A DNA stretch of 64,000 nucleotides. Origin: an uncultured Eubacteriales bacterium (GTDB lineage Bacteria > Bacillota > Clostridia > Oscillospirales > CAG-272). Positions 9,420 through 18,788 of this stretch are shown here, one piece after another. The translations under genes were made by a program, and so were the position numbers. Location of the stretch: the NCBI GenBank assembly GCA_958414825.1, contig CATYXQ010000004.1, positions 8,667 to 72,666 on the forward strand, written 5' to 3'. The notes under the pieces were generated by a model. The model saw nothing but the letters and a program-made list of their open reading frames with translations. It was not told where the DNA came from and made no database searches. Each line of letters starts with the position of its first letter. The stretch's first letter is position 1.

Positions 9420-10547
9420 GTGAAAGTCTTTGCGGTTACCTGGTATGAAAAACTGCGAAAACTGGATTATATCATTATTTTTGCGGTGCTTTCGCTGACC
9501 GGTATGAGTCTTGTGACACTGGCCGGTGCGGCAAACGATTTCGGCGTGAAATATTTTTACATACAGTTTGCCGCTGCGTTTCTGGGCTTTGTGACGATGG
9601 CGGTAATGTCTACGATAGATTATGAAGAGATTGCGGACAAGCTGTCTGTTGTCCTGTTCGCTTTCAGTATTTTTCTTTTGGTGCTGACCCTTTTGATCGG
9701 CACCGGCGACGGCAATAGAAGCTGGATCAGCTATGATTGGATGCCGGTGAGCATCCAGCCGTCCGAATTTATCAAGGTTTTGTACATCATTACATTTTCC
9801 AAGCATCTGAGTCTGCTGAAAGGAAAGATCAATCACCCGCTGTCTCTTTTGAAGCTCGGCATACATGCAGGGGCAATTATCGGATTGATTTTGATGCAGG
9901 GCGATTTGGGTTCTGCGCTTGTATATATGTTTTTGACTTTGGTTATGCTTTACTGCGCCGGACTCAGCTTGTGGTATTTTCTTGGAGCGGCCGTACTCTT
10001 TACCGCGCTTTCTCCTGTCCTATGGGGGCTTTTAAAAACCTATCAAAAAGAACGGATTATTGCCGGCTTTTGGCCGGAGAGCGACCCGACGGATAAAGGG
10101 TTTCAGGCATTGATGAGCAAAAACGCTATTGCGGCCGGCGGTTTTTTCGGTACGGGTTTTTCAGGCGGCACAGAGTACCAGAAAGTACCGTTTGCACACA
10201 CCGATTTTATCTTTGCAATTACCAGTGAGAAATTCGGCTTTTTCGGAGCGCTGTTCGTAATTGCCATGCTTTGTGTGCTGGTCGTTCGGATTTTAATATT
10301 GGCTCGAAAAATGCAGGGGAGTTATGCTTGCTATATGTGTGTCGGCGCTGCCTCGATCATTATTGCGCAGTCGGTAGAAAATATCGGCATGTGCTTAGCC
10401 AAACTGCCGGTAGTGGGGATTACGCTTCCTTTTATGAGCTATGGCGGCTCTTCCATGCTGGCTTCGTGGTGCCTGATCGGTTTGATTCAGAGCATCAGTG
10501 CGCATAGAGGAAAGTATTTTTTTGAGCGTCAGATAAACGACGCCTGA
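9420..10547 (+). CDS. SEDS family peptidoglycan polymerase (FtsW/RodA/SpoVE)
   Basis: ORF track lists 9354..10547. I prefer the in-frame GTG at 9420, which has GGAAAGAGG 6 nt upstream. Motifs: SEFIKVLYIITFSKHL, GDLGSALVY, HTDFIFAITSEKFGFFGA, LPFMSYGGSSMLA. Confidence 0.85.
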   Translation: MKVFAVTWYEKLRKLDYIIIFAVLSLTGMSLVTLAGAANDFGVKYFYIQFAAAFLGFVTMAVMSTIDYEEIADKLSVVLFAFSIFLLVLTLLIGTGDGNRSWISYDWMPVSIQPSEFIKVLYIITFSKHLSLLKGKINHPLSLLKLGIHAGAIIGLILMQGDLGSALVYMFLTLVMLYCAGLSLWYFLGAAVLFTALSPVLWGLLKTYQKERIIAGFWPESDPTDKGFQALMSKNAIAAGGFFGTGFSGGTEYQKVPFAHTDFIFAITSEKFGFFGALFVIAMLCVLVVRILILARKMQGSYACYMCVGAASIIIAQSVENIGMCLAKLPVVGITLPFMSYGGSSMLASWCLIGLIQSISAHRGKYFFERQINDA

Positions 10548-10577
10548 GTTTATTGTTCGCCAGGACAGAAGATTTAT

Positions 10578-10617
10578 GAAAGAAAGCATCGCCGTTTGAC
10601 GATGCTTTCTTTCTTTT
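10578..10617. terminator. Bidirectional intrinsic terminator between convergent genes
   Basis: A perfect 14-bp stem GAAAGAAAGCATCG / CGATGCTTTCTTTC with an 8-nt loop. It is followed by TTTT on the plus strand and preceded by an A-rich run. Confidence 0.7.
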
Positions 10618-10652
10618 GCAGTCAAATTTTGTAAACGGATATTGTGTATGAA

Positions 10653-10889
10653 TCAGAGACCGAGCACATCTGCAATAATGTCATCGATATGAAAAGCGCT
10701 GACATTGCCTTCATTGATTTCCTGCATAAAGTCTTGCAACATATTCAGGTTGTCAGAGATGTCCTCTACTGTTTTGATGATTTCACCTGAGCTTTCATCG
10801 GTAAACTGAAATCCGTAGACTGTGCGTTTGATATTTTGTTCATCTGTGAGGACGGATTCGATAATTTTGCATTTTGTCATAATGTCCAT
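10653..10889 (-). CDS. Small conserved hypothetical protein; paralogous to prophage ORF 16488..16715
   Basis: ORF track lists 10653..10937; the start is uncertain (internal Met at 10889 or 10880). It aligns by eye with the 16488 ORF: TVYGFQF versus TVFGIDA, and a C-terminal HIDDIIADVLG versus HLQDIIEDALV. Confidence 0.5.
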   Translation of the reverse strand: MDIMTKCKIIESVLTDEQNIKRTVYGFQFTDESSGEIIKTVEDISDNLNMLQDFMQEINEGNVSAFHIDDIIADVLGL

Positions 10890-11235
10890 TTTCCCAATGT
10901 CTTTCGCAGAATTTGAACAGGTACAATTTTTTAACATTCACCTGACACTTGAATTATACCTTGCAAACAGATGGTTTGTCAACCACTTCCGTTCGGATAT
11001 ATTTACATAAATTTACATTAAATACCATATTTCGACTGTAAAATATCAGATAAATCAAGATTTTCGGGAAAACCGTTCGGCTTTTGGTAAAATAAAAACT
11101 GAATTCAAAAAATACGACAAAAATATACAATAAAAACGAGCGCCGCTGAATAAAAAGCAGAACGGAATCAAAACAAAGAAGAACTTTATTTGAACTGAGA
11201 AATGCCGGTAATATTTTTAAATTTGCATTCAGATA

Positions 11236-11264
11236 TTGAAAAAAATTCCAAACTATTATATAAT
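11236..11264 (+). promoter_or_regulatory. Sigma-A type promoter upstream of htpG
   Basis: TTGAAA (11236-11241), a 17-nt spacer, then TATAAT (11259-11264), about 40 nt before the htpG start. Confidence 0.45.
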
Positions 11265-11305
11265 ATTCGGCAGGATAATCTTACAAAGGATGAGGATGTG
11301 ATAGT

Positions 11306-13162
11306 ATGGCAGAACAGGCAAAAAAAGAAAAAGGCGGCATTTCGGTAGAAACGCAGCATATTTTTCCGATCATTAAACGCTGGCTTTATTCGGACAAGGA
11401 GATTTTTCTTCGGGAAATTGTATCTAATGCTTCCGATGCGATCACAAAGCTCGACAGGCTGATTTCACTGGGCGAGGCAAAGGATATTGAATTTGACGGA
11501 CGCATTGATGTTCGTGTCAGCAAAAAAGCGCATACAATTACGGTTTCGGACAATGGCATCGGTATGGATGCGGAAGAGGTTAAAAAATATATCGGAAACA
11601 TTGCGCTTTCCGGCGCGCTTGAATTTATTCAGAAATACGAGGGTCAGAGCGAGGGAGCCGGCGACGGTATTATCGGTCATTTTGGCCTCGGCTTTTATTC
11701 GGCTTTCATGGTCAGCGACCGCGTGGAGGTAATCAGCCGCTCGTACAAAGGCGGAGACGGCGTACAGTGGATTTGCGATGAGTCCGGCGAATATGAAATG
11801 ACGGTTCCGTATGATGCGGCTACACGTGGAACAACCGTGATTATGCATATTAACGCCGAGGGCGAGGAGTATCTTGAAGCATATAAGCTCCGCTCTATTT
11901 TGGAAAAATACTGTGCGTTTATGCCGGTCGAGATTTACTTTGAAGACGAGGATGCGGAATCTAAAGACGGGGAAGATGCGAATGAAAAAACGCCGTTGAA
12001 TGATACGCATCCGCTTTGGCAGAAGAATCCTGCCGAATGTACCGATGAGGAATATAAGGCGTTTTATAAGAAAGTTTTCTCCGATTTCAACGAGCCTTTG
12101 TTTTGGTTGCATATCAAGGCCGATTATCCGCTGAACTTTAAGGGGATTCTGTATTTTCCGAAACTCACGCATGAGTTTGCCAATATGGAGGGACAGGTAA
12201 AGCTCTATTATAATCAGGTATTTGTTGCGGACAATATTAAAGAGGTGATTCCCGAATATCTGCTTATGCTGCGCGGGGTGCTCGACTGTCCTGAGCTTCC
12301 GCTGAATGTGTCCCGCAGTTATTTGCAAAACAGCGGTTACGTTTCCAAGATTTCAGCGCATATTGTGAAAAAAGTTGCCGATAAGCTGCTTGCGATGTTT
12401 AAAAACGATCGCGCGGCGTATGAGAAAATGTGGGATTCCATTCGTACATTCTGCGAATATGCGTCGCTTTGCGACCGCAAGTTTTATGACCGCGCTAAAA
12501 ATGCGCTGCTTCTGGACATTGTGCACGGCGGTTATATGACTTTGCCGGAATATCTGGAGGCCGCTAAAACAACAAACGAGGGCGTCGTTTATTATACCTC
12601 GGACGAGCAGCAGCAGGCGCAGTATATCGCGATGTTTGAAGCAAAGGAAATAAAAGTCGTTAAATTTGACCGCATGATTGATACGCAGTATTTGCAGATG
12701 CTCGAAAGCATAGATGAAAAAGTGCATTTTCGGCGTGTGGATTCGGAACTTGCCGATGCGCTGCGCGGCGAGGGGGAGGCCGAGCATTCGGAGATGCTGG
12801 AAAAGCTGTTCCGCGAGGCTTCGGGCAATGAAAAACTGACCGTGAAATGCGAACGTCTTTCTGATGCGGAAATCCCCGCGATGCTGAGTGTGAATGAGGA
12901 AAGCCGCAGAATGGAAGATATGATGAAGTTATACGCTGCGGGCGGTATGGATATAAACAACGCTTATACGGCTGAAAGTACGCTGATTGTGAATATGTCC
13001 AACCGGCTGATTGAGCGTCTTGCGGCGGGAAAATATACAGACAGCGCGCTGATTGCCAAACAGATTTACAGTCTTGCGCTGCTCAGTCATCGGCGGCTTG
13101 GCGAGGAGGAAATGAAAGCGTTTTTGCAGTCCAGTTATGCGGTGCTTTCAACGCTCGGATAA
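11306..13162 (+). CDS. htpG: Molecular chaperone HtpG (Hsp90 family)
   Basis: ORF track. N-terminal GHKL ATPase motifs (LYSDKEIFLREIVSNASDA, DNGIGM, GHFGLGFYSAF) and the typical length (618 aa). Confidence 0.95.
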   Translation: MAEQAKKEKGGISVETQHIFPIIKRWLYSDKEIFLREIVSNASDAITKLDRLISLGEAKDIEFDGRIDVRVSKKAHTITVSDNGIGMDAEEVKKYIGNIALSGALEFIQKYEGQSEGAGDGIIGHFGLGFYSAFMVSDRVEVISRSYKGGDGVQWICDESGEYEMTVPYDAATRGTTVIMHINAEGEEYLEAYKLRSILEKYCAFMPVEIYFEDEDAESKDGEDANEKTPLNDTHPLWQKNPAECTDEEYKAFYKKVFSDFNEPLFWLHIKADYPLNFKGILYFPKLTHEFANMEGQVKLYYNQVFVADNIKEVIPEYLLMLRGVLDCPELPLNVSRSYLQNSGYVSKISAHIVKKVADKLLAMFKNDRAAYEKMWDSIRTFCEYASLCDRKFYDRAKNALLLDIVHGGYMTLPEYLEAAKTTNEGVVYYTSDEQQQAQYIAMFEAKEIKVVKFDRMIDTQYLQMLESIDEKVHFRRVDSELADALRGEGEAEHSEMLEKLFREASGNEKLTVKCERLSDAEIPAMLSVNEESRRMEDMMKLYAAGGMDINNAYTAESTLIVNMSNRLIERLAAGKYTDSALIAKQIYSLALLSHRRLGEEEMKAFLQSSYAVLSTLG

Positions 13163-14112
13163 TGGCCGGCGGCGAATTTTTAAAAAATGCACTGAATAAT
13201 ATAGAACGTTATTATAATCAGGAAGCCTCCGTATGCGAGCGTGTCAGTGCGAATATCAGCGAAGCGGCGGAAATTACAGCCGCACGGATTGCGCGTATGC
13301 TGCGCGGGAAAAAATTTTTCTCCTTGGAGGATTTTCGTGAAGAACTTTCAGCAGCGCCGTTTGTAAACACAGTTGTTTCCGATCTTGTCATTGAAGAAAA
13401 CCGCACGATTGCGGAAGCCAAGCTTTCCACGGATGAGGGCGTTTATATGGCCGAATTTTGCAGCAAACTGACCTATGCGCTTCGTACTGCGGCTAAGTTC
13501 CGTCCGGCGCCCGCGCTGTTTTTGGATCGCAGTGGAGACGGAGAAAAAAACGGCGGTGTTTCCTTTGTTACCGGTGAATTGTTTTCCGATGTGTTTTCAC
13601 TGTTTCAGAAGAAATTGCCGGATCTGAAAGCAACGCCTGCTCGTTCGTTTGTCGATGTCTGCGAAGCGGTCGCGTCCGGTGAATCGGAATATTGCATTTT
13701 GCCGCTTGAAAACAGCCGCGATGGTATATTGCTCACATTTCTGTCGATGATGGAGCGGTACGAACTCTTGATTGCGCGTGTCGCCGAAGTAAGTGGAGCA
13801 GAGGGCGCTTTAACCAGATACGCCTTGCTTTGTCAGGATTTTCGCAGTATTATAGACAGTACCGGGAATCAGTATGTCGCGATCCGTTTGTCCGGATTGG
13901 ATGAAACGCTGCTGCCGAAATTGTTCGCCGCTGTACCTGTGCTCGGCGTGCGACTGATTAAAACGGTATCTGTGCCGTTGCATTATACGGACGGATATGC
14001 GCATATTTGCACATTCGGGGGCGGGGAAGCGTCGTTGTTTTCGCTTTTGCTGTTTTTGAATCTGATTCGTGCGGATTATACGCTGAAAGGAATTTATGAA
14101 TCGATAAGCTGA
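13162..14112 (+). CDS. Prephenate-dehydratase-like (PDT plus ACT-like) domain protein, divergent
   Basis: ORF track. The central block FVDVCEAVASGESEYCILPLENSRDGILLTFL resembles the PDT motif (..f.aV..g.adygvvPiENs.eGsV). The C-terminal part is ACT-like. The start overlaps the htpG stop (TAATG). The functional call is tentative. Confidence 0.45.
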   Translation: MAGGEFLKNALNNIERYYNQEASVCERVSANISEAAEITAARIARMLRGKKFFSLEDFREELSAAPFVNTVVSDLVIEENRTIAEAKLSTDEGVYMAEFCSKLTYALRTAAKFRPAPALFLDRSGDGEKNGGVSFVTGELFSDVFSLFQKKLPDLKATPARSFVDVCEAVASGESEYCILPLENSRDGILLTFLSMMERYELLIARVAEVSGAEGALTRYALLCQDFRSIIDSTGNQYVAIRLSGLDETLLPKLFAAVPVLGVRLIKTVSVPLHYTDGYAHICTFGGGEASLFSLLLFLNLIRADYTLKGIYESIS

Positions 14113-14119
14113 GGATACT

Positions 14120-14368
14120 ATGGAAAAAGAGATTGTATATACGCCTCGCGGCGTGTGTTCGAGAAAGATACATGCTGTGATCGAAGACGGCGTTATCAAA
14201 GAAGTTCATTTTATCGGCGGATGCAGCGGGAATACGCAGGGGATCAGCGCTTTGGTTCAGGGGATGCCGGTGGATGAAGCGATCCGGCGGCTGCGTGGAA
14301 TCAATTGCGGCGGCAGAGGGACTTCCTGCCCGGATCAGCTTGCGCGTGCTCTGGACAAAGAACGGTAA
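14120..14368 (+). CDS. TSCPD-domain protein (TIGR03905-like 4-Cys family)
   Basis: ORF track. YTPRGVCSRKIHAVIEDGVIKEVHFIGGCSGNTQGISALVQG...INCGGRGTSCPDQLARAL is the characteristic pattern of this small family. Confidence 0.85.
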   Translation: MEKEIVYTPRGVCSRKIHAVIEDGVIKEVHFIGGCSGNTQGISALVQGMPVDEAIRRLRGINCGGRGTSCPDQLARALDKER

Positions 14369-14395
14369 TTTTTTATAGGGGAGAAAACGAATACT

Positions 14396-16129
14396 ATGGC
14401 AGAAAAGTATATGGATTCGTATAGACAATGGCTGGAAAGCTCGGTTTTGGATGAAGAAAGCCGCCGGGAACTGCTTGCATTGCGGGATGATCCTTCCGAG
14501 ATCGAGATGCGCTTTTTGGGATATCTTGAGTTTGGAACCGGCGGTTTGCGTGGAACGATGGGAGCCGGCACCAACAAAATGAATGTTTATACCGTGGCGC
14601 ATGCGACTCAGGGCATGGCGAAGATGATTTTGCTTGAGGGAAAAGACGCTGCGGCGCGCGGCGTGGTTATCGCATATGACAGCCGCAATCATTCCGAGCG
14701 GTTTGCGCGCACTGCGGCGGAGGTGCTTTCGGCAAATGGGATACGGACGTATATTTTTGACGGTGTGCGTCCGACGCCCGAACTTTCCTTTGCAATCCGT
14801 GAACTCGGATGTATTGCCGGAATCAATATCACTGCATCGCACAATCCCAAGGAGTATAACGGATATAAAGCTTATTGGGAGGACGGCGCGCAGCTGCCGC
14901 CGGAACATGCTGATGTGATTTCTGCCAAGACCCGGGAACTTGATATTTTCAAAGATGTGAGGCGTGCGGATTTTGATAAGGCTGTGTCTGCCGGGGATAT
15001 ACAAATCATCGGCGCCGAGATCGATGCGAAATATCTTGAAAACGTATTGGCGCAAAGAGTAAACAAAGAGGCGATTCCGGTCGTGGCCGAGACGCTCCGT
15101 GTCGTATATACGCCTTTGCACGGCGCTGGGTATCGCCTGGTGCCAGAAGCGCTTCGCCGGAGCGGACTCAAATATCTGTATACGGTCGATGAGCAAATGG
15201 TGTTGGACGGCAATTTCCCGACTGTGAAAAAGCCGAATCCGGAACTGCCGGATGCGTTTACGCTTGGTATTCGTCTGGCGGACGCGGTGCAAAGCGATCT
15301 GATTGTCGCCACCGACCCGGACAGCGACCGTATGGGAGTGATGACCCGCGCGGCAGACGGTAAATTCGCCGCCATTACGGGCAATCAGATGGCTGCGCTG
15401 TTGTTGGATTATATTTTCACAGCACTGCGCGAGGGGGATGGAATTCCCGCTGACGGTTATGCTGTCAAAACCATTGTATCTACCGAACTTGCCACCGCGA
15501 TTTGCCGTGCAAACGGCGTAAAGCTGTATAATGTGCTGACTGGCTTCAAATTTATCGGTGAGGTGATTAAAAATCACGAAGCCAAGGGGAAAGGCACGTT
15601 TTTGTTTGGTTTTGAGGAGAGTTACGGCTATCTCAAAGGGACGTATGCGCGTGATAAGGATGCGGTTTGTGCCGCTATGCTTGCCGTGGAAATGGCGGCT
15701 TACTATAAAGCGAAAAATATGACGCTGTATGATGCGTTGCAGAGTATTTATGCGCGTTACGGCTACTATGGCGAGAAGTCCATGGATGTTTACATGGAGG
15801 GGCTTGACGGTATTGCGCGCCGCACCGCTACAATGCAGGCGCTTCGCCAGACTCCGCCGCTGGAAATCGGCGGTTTCGCGGTTGCGTTTATCGGCGACTA
15901 TCAAGCGGAGACGATCACTTATCTTTCCGACGGCCGCAGTGAACCGACGGGACTCCCGAAATCGGATGTGCTGTATTACGGTCTGGAAAACGGTGATGTT
16001 GTCGTTATTCGTCCGTCCGGTACAGAGCCGAAAATTAAGATTTATTATCTTGCCGGTGCAGCGGATGCAAAAACGCTTGATGAAAAGCTGCGCGCCTATG
16101 TCGCGCAGACCGACCGGCTTGTAAAATAA
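14396..16129 (+). CDS. Phosphoglucomutase / phosphomannomutase (alpha-D-phosphohexomutase family)
   Basis: ORF track. Active-site loop TASHNPKEYNGYK, a metal-binding DPDSDR, and the typical length (577 aa). Confidence 0.9.
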   Translation: MAEKYMDSYRQWLESSVLDEESRRELLALRDDPSEIEMRFLGYLEFGTGGLRGTMGAGTNKMNVYTVAHATQGMAKMILLEGKDAAARGVVIAYDSRNHSERFARTAAEVLSANGIRTYIFDGVRPTPELSFAIRELGCIAGINITASHNPKEYNGYKAYWEDGAQLPPEHADVISAKTRELDIFKDVRRADFDKAVSAGDIQIIGAEIDAKYLENVLAQRVNKEAIPVVAETLRVVYTPLHGAGYRLVPEALRRSGLKYLYTVDEQMVLDGNFPTVKKPNPELPDAFTLGIRLADAVQSDLIVATDPDSDRMGVMTRAADGKFAAITGNQMAALLLDYIFTALREGDGIPADGYAVKTIVSTELATAICRANGVKLYNVLTGFKFIGEVIKNHEAKGKGTFLFGFEESYGYLKGTYARDKDAVCAAMLAVEMAAYYKAKNMTLYDALQSIYARYGYYGEKSMDVYMEGLDGIARRTATMQALRQTPPLEIGGFAVAFIGDYQAETITYLSDGRSEPTGLPKSDVLYYGLENGDVVVIRPSGTEPKIKIYYLAGAADAKTLDEKLRAYVAQTDRLVK

Positions 16130-16150
16130 GCTGTCATAAACAAAAAACAA

Positions 16151-16190
16151 CCCGGCAAAGCACGATAGGATACGGCTTTGCCGGGTTTTA
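16151..16190 (+). terminator. Intrinsic terminator after the phosphoglucomutase gene
   Basis: CCCGGCAAAG ... CTTTGCCGGG 10-bp stem followed by TTTTA. Confidence 0.7.
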
Positions 16191-16194
16191 CAAT

Positions 16195-16219
16195 AAAAAG
16201 CCCGGTAATCGGGCTTTTC
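16195..16219. terminator. Second hairpin terminator; probably the original host terminator of ssrA before prophage insertion
   Basis: AAAAAGCCCG-GTAAT-CGGGCTTTT. It is A-rich on one side and T-rich on the other, so it can act on both strands. It lies about 30 nt from the displaced ssrA 3' fragment at 16249-16268. Confidence 0.55.
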
Positions 16220-16248
16220 GCGGAACATATCTTTTTTATGTTCCTATT

Positions 16249-16268
16249 ATGGTGGAGGCGGGGAGAAT
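16249..16268. repeat. Prophage attachment-site core (displaced copy of the ssrA 3' end)
   Basis: ATGGTGGAGGCGGGGAGAAT is identical to 52654-52673. The flanking bases differ on both sides (16248 T versus 52653 A; 16269 T versus 52674 C). Confidence 0.85.
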
Positions 16269-16487
16269 TTCTGCATCCATTTTTTAATTTTTGCCTTTCC
16301 CGCTTTAAATCTTCGCAAAGTGTTGATTTACTATGATTTTTAGAGCTTTTAGCATTTTGACGTTTAACCGCAAAATTCAAATTTTTCCAAAAAGTGTGGA
16401 TTTCGTGTGGTTTTTTTGGCAAGGAGGTGATGCCATGTAGAGCATGACGGAGTGCAGGACATCGTGTATACACAACGAGGAGGAAAA

Positions 16488-16715
16488 ATGAAAATCATTT
16501 ACAAAGTTCACGCAAAAACCGTCAGAGACGAAAAAGGAAAATCTCATACAGTGTTTGGAATTGATGCGGTTTCGGAAGATGGAATCGTTCAAGCCTCTAT
16601 AGCCGACGCATTTGACAGCTATGAGGAAGCCGAAAAACTTGCAAGGAAATGCAATGAGCTTGAGCTTTCACCCATGCATTTGCAGGATATAATTGAAGAT
16701 GCTTTAGTTCCGTAG
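16488..16715 (+). CDS. Small hypothetical protein at the prophage end (cargo); paralog of host ORF 10653..10889
   Basis: ORF track lists 16452..16715. The ATG at 16488 is preceded by GAGGAGG. See the alignment note on feature 10653..10889. It has its own terminator downstream. Confidence 0.6.
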   Translation: MKIIYKVHAKTVRDEKGKSHTVFGIDAVSEDGIVQASIADAFDSYEEAEKLARKCNELELSPMHLQDIIEDALVP

Positions 16716-16721
16716 AGCAGG

Positions 16722-16747
16722 GGAGGCGCTTTTGCGCCTCCTTTTTC
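16722..16747 (+). terminator. Intrinsic terminator
   Basis: GGAGGCGC-TTTT-GCGCCTCC followed by TTTTTCG. Confidence 0.8.
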
Positions 16748-16771
16748 GTTGTCGAGTTGCGCGCTTATAAA

Positions 16772-16812
16772 GAAAAAAGCCGGAGCAGCGTATGCGCTGT
16801 TCCGGCCTTTTT
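16772..16812. terminator. Hairpin terminator at the end of the prophage lysis operon (minus strand); bidirectional in form
   Basis: AAAAAAGCCGGAGCAGCG...CGCTGTTCCGGCCTTTTT. On the minus strand it directly follows the holin-like ORF stop (16824). Confidence 0.7.
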
Positions 16813-16823
16813 CTACACTTTTC

Positions 16824-17030
16824 TTACTCTCGCGCGTCCACTTCAGGCAGACCGGCTATGCTGGTGAGGAGGGATAAAATGCCGGCGAGTGCGGAAGCGC
16901 TCGCAACCATAGCCCAGTTGACGTCGCCAAGCACCGCCGCCGTGCCGACTGTCGCCGCCGCCGTCTGCGCGACCGTCTTGACCGCGCGGACTGCCGCCGC
17001 CTTCAGCCATGCTTTAAAATTGTGTTTCAT
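16824..17030 (-). CDS. Putative holin
   Basis: ORF track. 68 aa with two hydrophobic segments (AVKTVAQTAAATVGTAAVLG and AMVASASALAGILSLLTSIAG) and a charged C-terminus. It is the last gene of the lysis cassette. Confidence 0.6.
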   Translation of the reverse strand: MKHNFKAWLKAAAVRAVKTVAQTAAATVGTAAVLGDVNWAMVASASALAGILSLLTSIAGLPEVDARE

Positions 17031-17047
17031 TGTCTAAATCTCCTTTC

Positions 17048-18211
17048 TTACAGCGCCTCGATCACAGCCCTGTTTTCGTTTGCTCTCCATTCAACCCTGC
17101 AATTCAGCGCCTCGGCGATATGCCGCACCGGACACATCATGCGGTCGTTTTTGATCTCAGGCGCAGCGTCCATCTGTACCGGTTCGCCGTCTGCCGTCAG
17201 CGTCCGGTCGCCCGCACGGAGCGTCAGCACCGCTTCCTCGCTCCGCAGCGTCGCCGTGCCGGTCTGCGCGTCCCACTCCACCGAAGCGCCCAAAGCCTCC
17301 GCTGCAAAGCGCACCGGCAGATACGCGCGACTGTTTTGTATGTATGGCACGGCCTCAAACTGAAGCGTCTCGCCGTCCGCCGTGTACTCGCTTTTGCCAA
17401 TGACAAACTCGACCCTGCCGCATTTGCGCCTGACCGGCGTGATTGTGTCGGATATGGCGATGCAGTCGTAGAGCGGCGTGCGCGTATCCATAAACAAAAG
17501 GCCGTGATAATTCCGCAGTCCCCAGCTATTCGCCACGACCCACCGTTCGTGGCCGCCGTCCTTCGGACGCGTCCACCCCACAATGACCATCGCGTGATTG
17601 CCCCGCCATTTGCCGCTCTCCGGGTAGGGAATCATTCCGTCGCTTCCAGTCTGGTAAAAGCTACCCCGAACCCGGTATCCGATCACCACCGGCATACCGG
17701 CCTTGAGCGCGGTTTTGATCTCCTCCGCGCCGTCAACAAACGCATATCCCTCAATGGCGCGTCCGCGCGCCTCGCAGACGAGACCGGGATGCGCGTCCTT
17801 GAATGCAAGCACCTCCGCCGCGATTTCGGGCATTTCATGCCGCCTGCCAAAATCCCGCCGCAGAAACGCGCCGTCCTTACGCAGCACCGCCGCGCCCTGA
17901 TCGAGATACATCCCCTCGCCCATATACCCGCCGCCGTACCGCGTGCCGTAGATCGCAAACGGATCGACGTCCAGCCATTTGTTCGTGTGCCGGTACTCCG
18001 ATATGTTTTTGGCTAAAGCGAACGCATGTCCGACGCAGGAATTGGTATAGCCCTGATCCTGAATGATTTCCAATTCCGGCATATCCAGCATAAATTCCGC
18101 GTCCGGCACAATATCCCGCCCCGGAACAAAGCGCGCGATCCTGTACCCGCGCGGGTCGGGATTCTCCCGCAAAAGACAGCCCCGAAGCTCCAAATCCTTA
18201 TCCATTTCCAT
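17048..18211 (-). CDS. Papain-like (C1A-type) cysteine peptidase fused to two copper-amine-oxidase-N-terminal-like repeats; putative lysin
   Basis: ORF track. Catalytic signature in papain order: Q..NSCVGHAFA (Cys), GNHAMVIVGW (His), WVVANSWG (Asn). The C-terminal repeats are AYLPVRFAAEALGASVEWDAQTGTATL and MMCPVRHIAEALNCRVEWRANENRAVI. Confidence 0.7.
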   Translation of the reverse strand: MEMDKDLELRGCLLRENPDPRGYRIARFVPGRDIVPDAEFMLDMPELEIIQDQGYTNSCVGHAFALAKNISEYRHTNKWLDVDPFAIYGTRYGGGYMGEGMYLDQGAAVLRKDGAFLRRDFGRRHEMPEIAAEVLAFKDAHPGLVCEARGRAIEGYAFVDGAEEIKTALKAGMPVVIGYRVRGSFYQTGSDGMIPYPESGKWRGNHAMVIVGWTRPKDGGHERWVVANSWGLRNYHGLLFMDTRTPLYDCIAISDTITPVRRKCGRVEFVIGKSEYTADGETLQFEAVPYIQNSRAYLPVRFAAEALGASVEWDAQTGTATLRSEEAVLTLRAGDRTLTADGEPVQMDAAPEIKNDRMMCPVRHIAEALNCRVEWRANENRAVIEAL

Positions 18212-18788
18212 TTCGTAAAACCTCCGCCATATTCTGTATGAGTTGCGGCAAATATTTCACCGCCGCAGCCGTCTTTTTCCAGTAGTCCGGGCTATTGATG
18301 ACGCCGCGCCGCACAAGCGCCTCCAAATCGCGGTCAAGCTGTGTTTTCTCCGGAAAGGTATAGACGCCGACCGCATTCGGAATGCCAAGTACCTCCTCCG
18401 GATTCACCGCCTCTTTTCCGTCCGCGGCGCGCGCTTCAAAATGCAGATGCGCCCCGAACGAATACCCGGTATCGCCCATCACGCCGAGCGTTTCACCCGC
18501 GCGCACAGCCTGTCCCTCGCGCACCGCGCGGCTTGCCAGATGGCAGTAGTAGTGATACTGCCCGGATTCTGTTTTCACGCACACATAATTCCCCCACTGC
18601 CATGTGAGGTTGCTTTTGTCGGTCACGATCCGAGCGCGCACCACCGTCCCGCCCGAAACGGCGGTCACTTCCCACGAACCGACGCCCACAAGGTCGTATC
18701 CGCCGTGAAATTCTTTCCGCCCGTTTAAGATTCGCTCGCCGTAAGGCGAGGTCAGCTTCACCGTATCGCAGTCAAAGGGGATCTTCAT
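18198..18788 (-). CDS. M23 family (LytM-like) metallopeptidase; putative lysin
   Basis: ORF track. FHGGYDL (HxxxD) and GDTGYSFGAHLHFE (HxH) motifs. Confidence 0.85.
   Translation of the reverse strand: MKIPFDCDTVKLTSPYGERILNGRKEFHGGYDLVGVGSWEVTAVSGGTVVRARIVTDKSNLTWQWGNYVCVKTESGQYHYYCHLASRAVREGQAVRAGETLGVMGDTGYSFGAHLHFEARAADGKEAVNPEEVLGIPNAVGVYTFPEKTQLDRDLEALVRRGVINSPDYWKKTAAAVKYLPQLIQNMAEVLRNGNG

Noticed and set aside
10938-11305. I looked for a CIRCE (TTAGCACTC-N9-GAGTGCTAA) heat-shock operator upstream of htpG.
   Set aside because: No match was seen. Only a sigma-A type promoter is apparent.
13958-16228. A 756-aa minus-strand ORF overlapping the TSCPD and phosphoglucomutase genes.
   Set aside because: It is antisense to two ORFs with unambiguous family motifs. 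Its product is Arg/Ile/Phe-rich with no motifs and spans two terminators.
17030-18016. A 328-aa plus-strand ORF (and several smaller ones) opposite the papain-like lysin gene.
   Set aside because: It is a shadow ORF with an Arg/Pro/Ala-rich product. The minus-strand frame carries the full papain catalytic signature.
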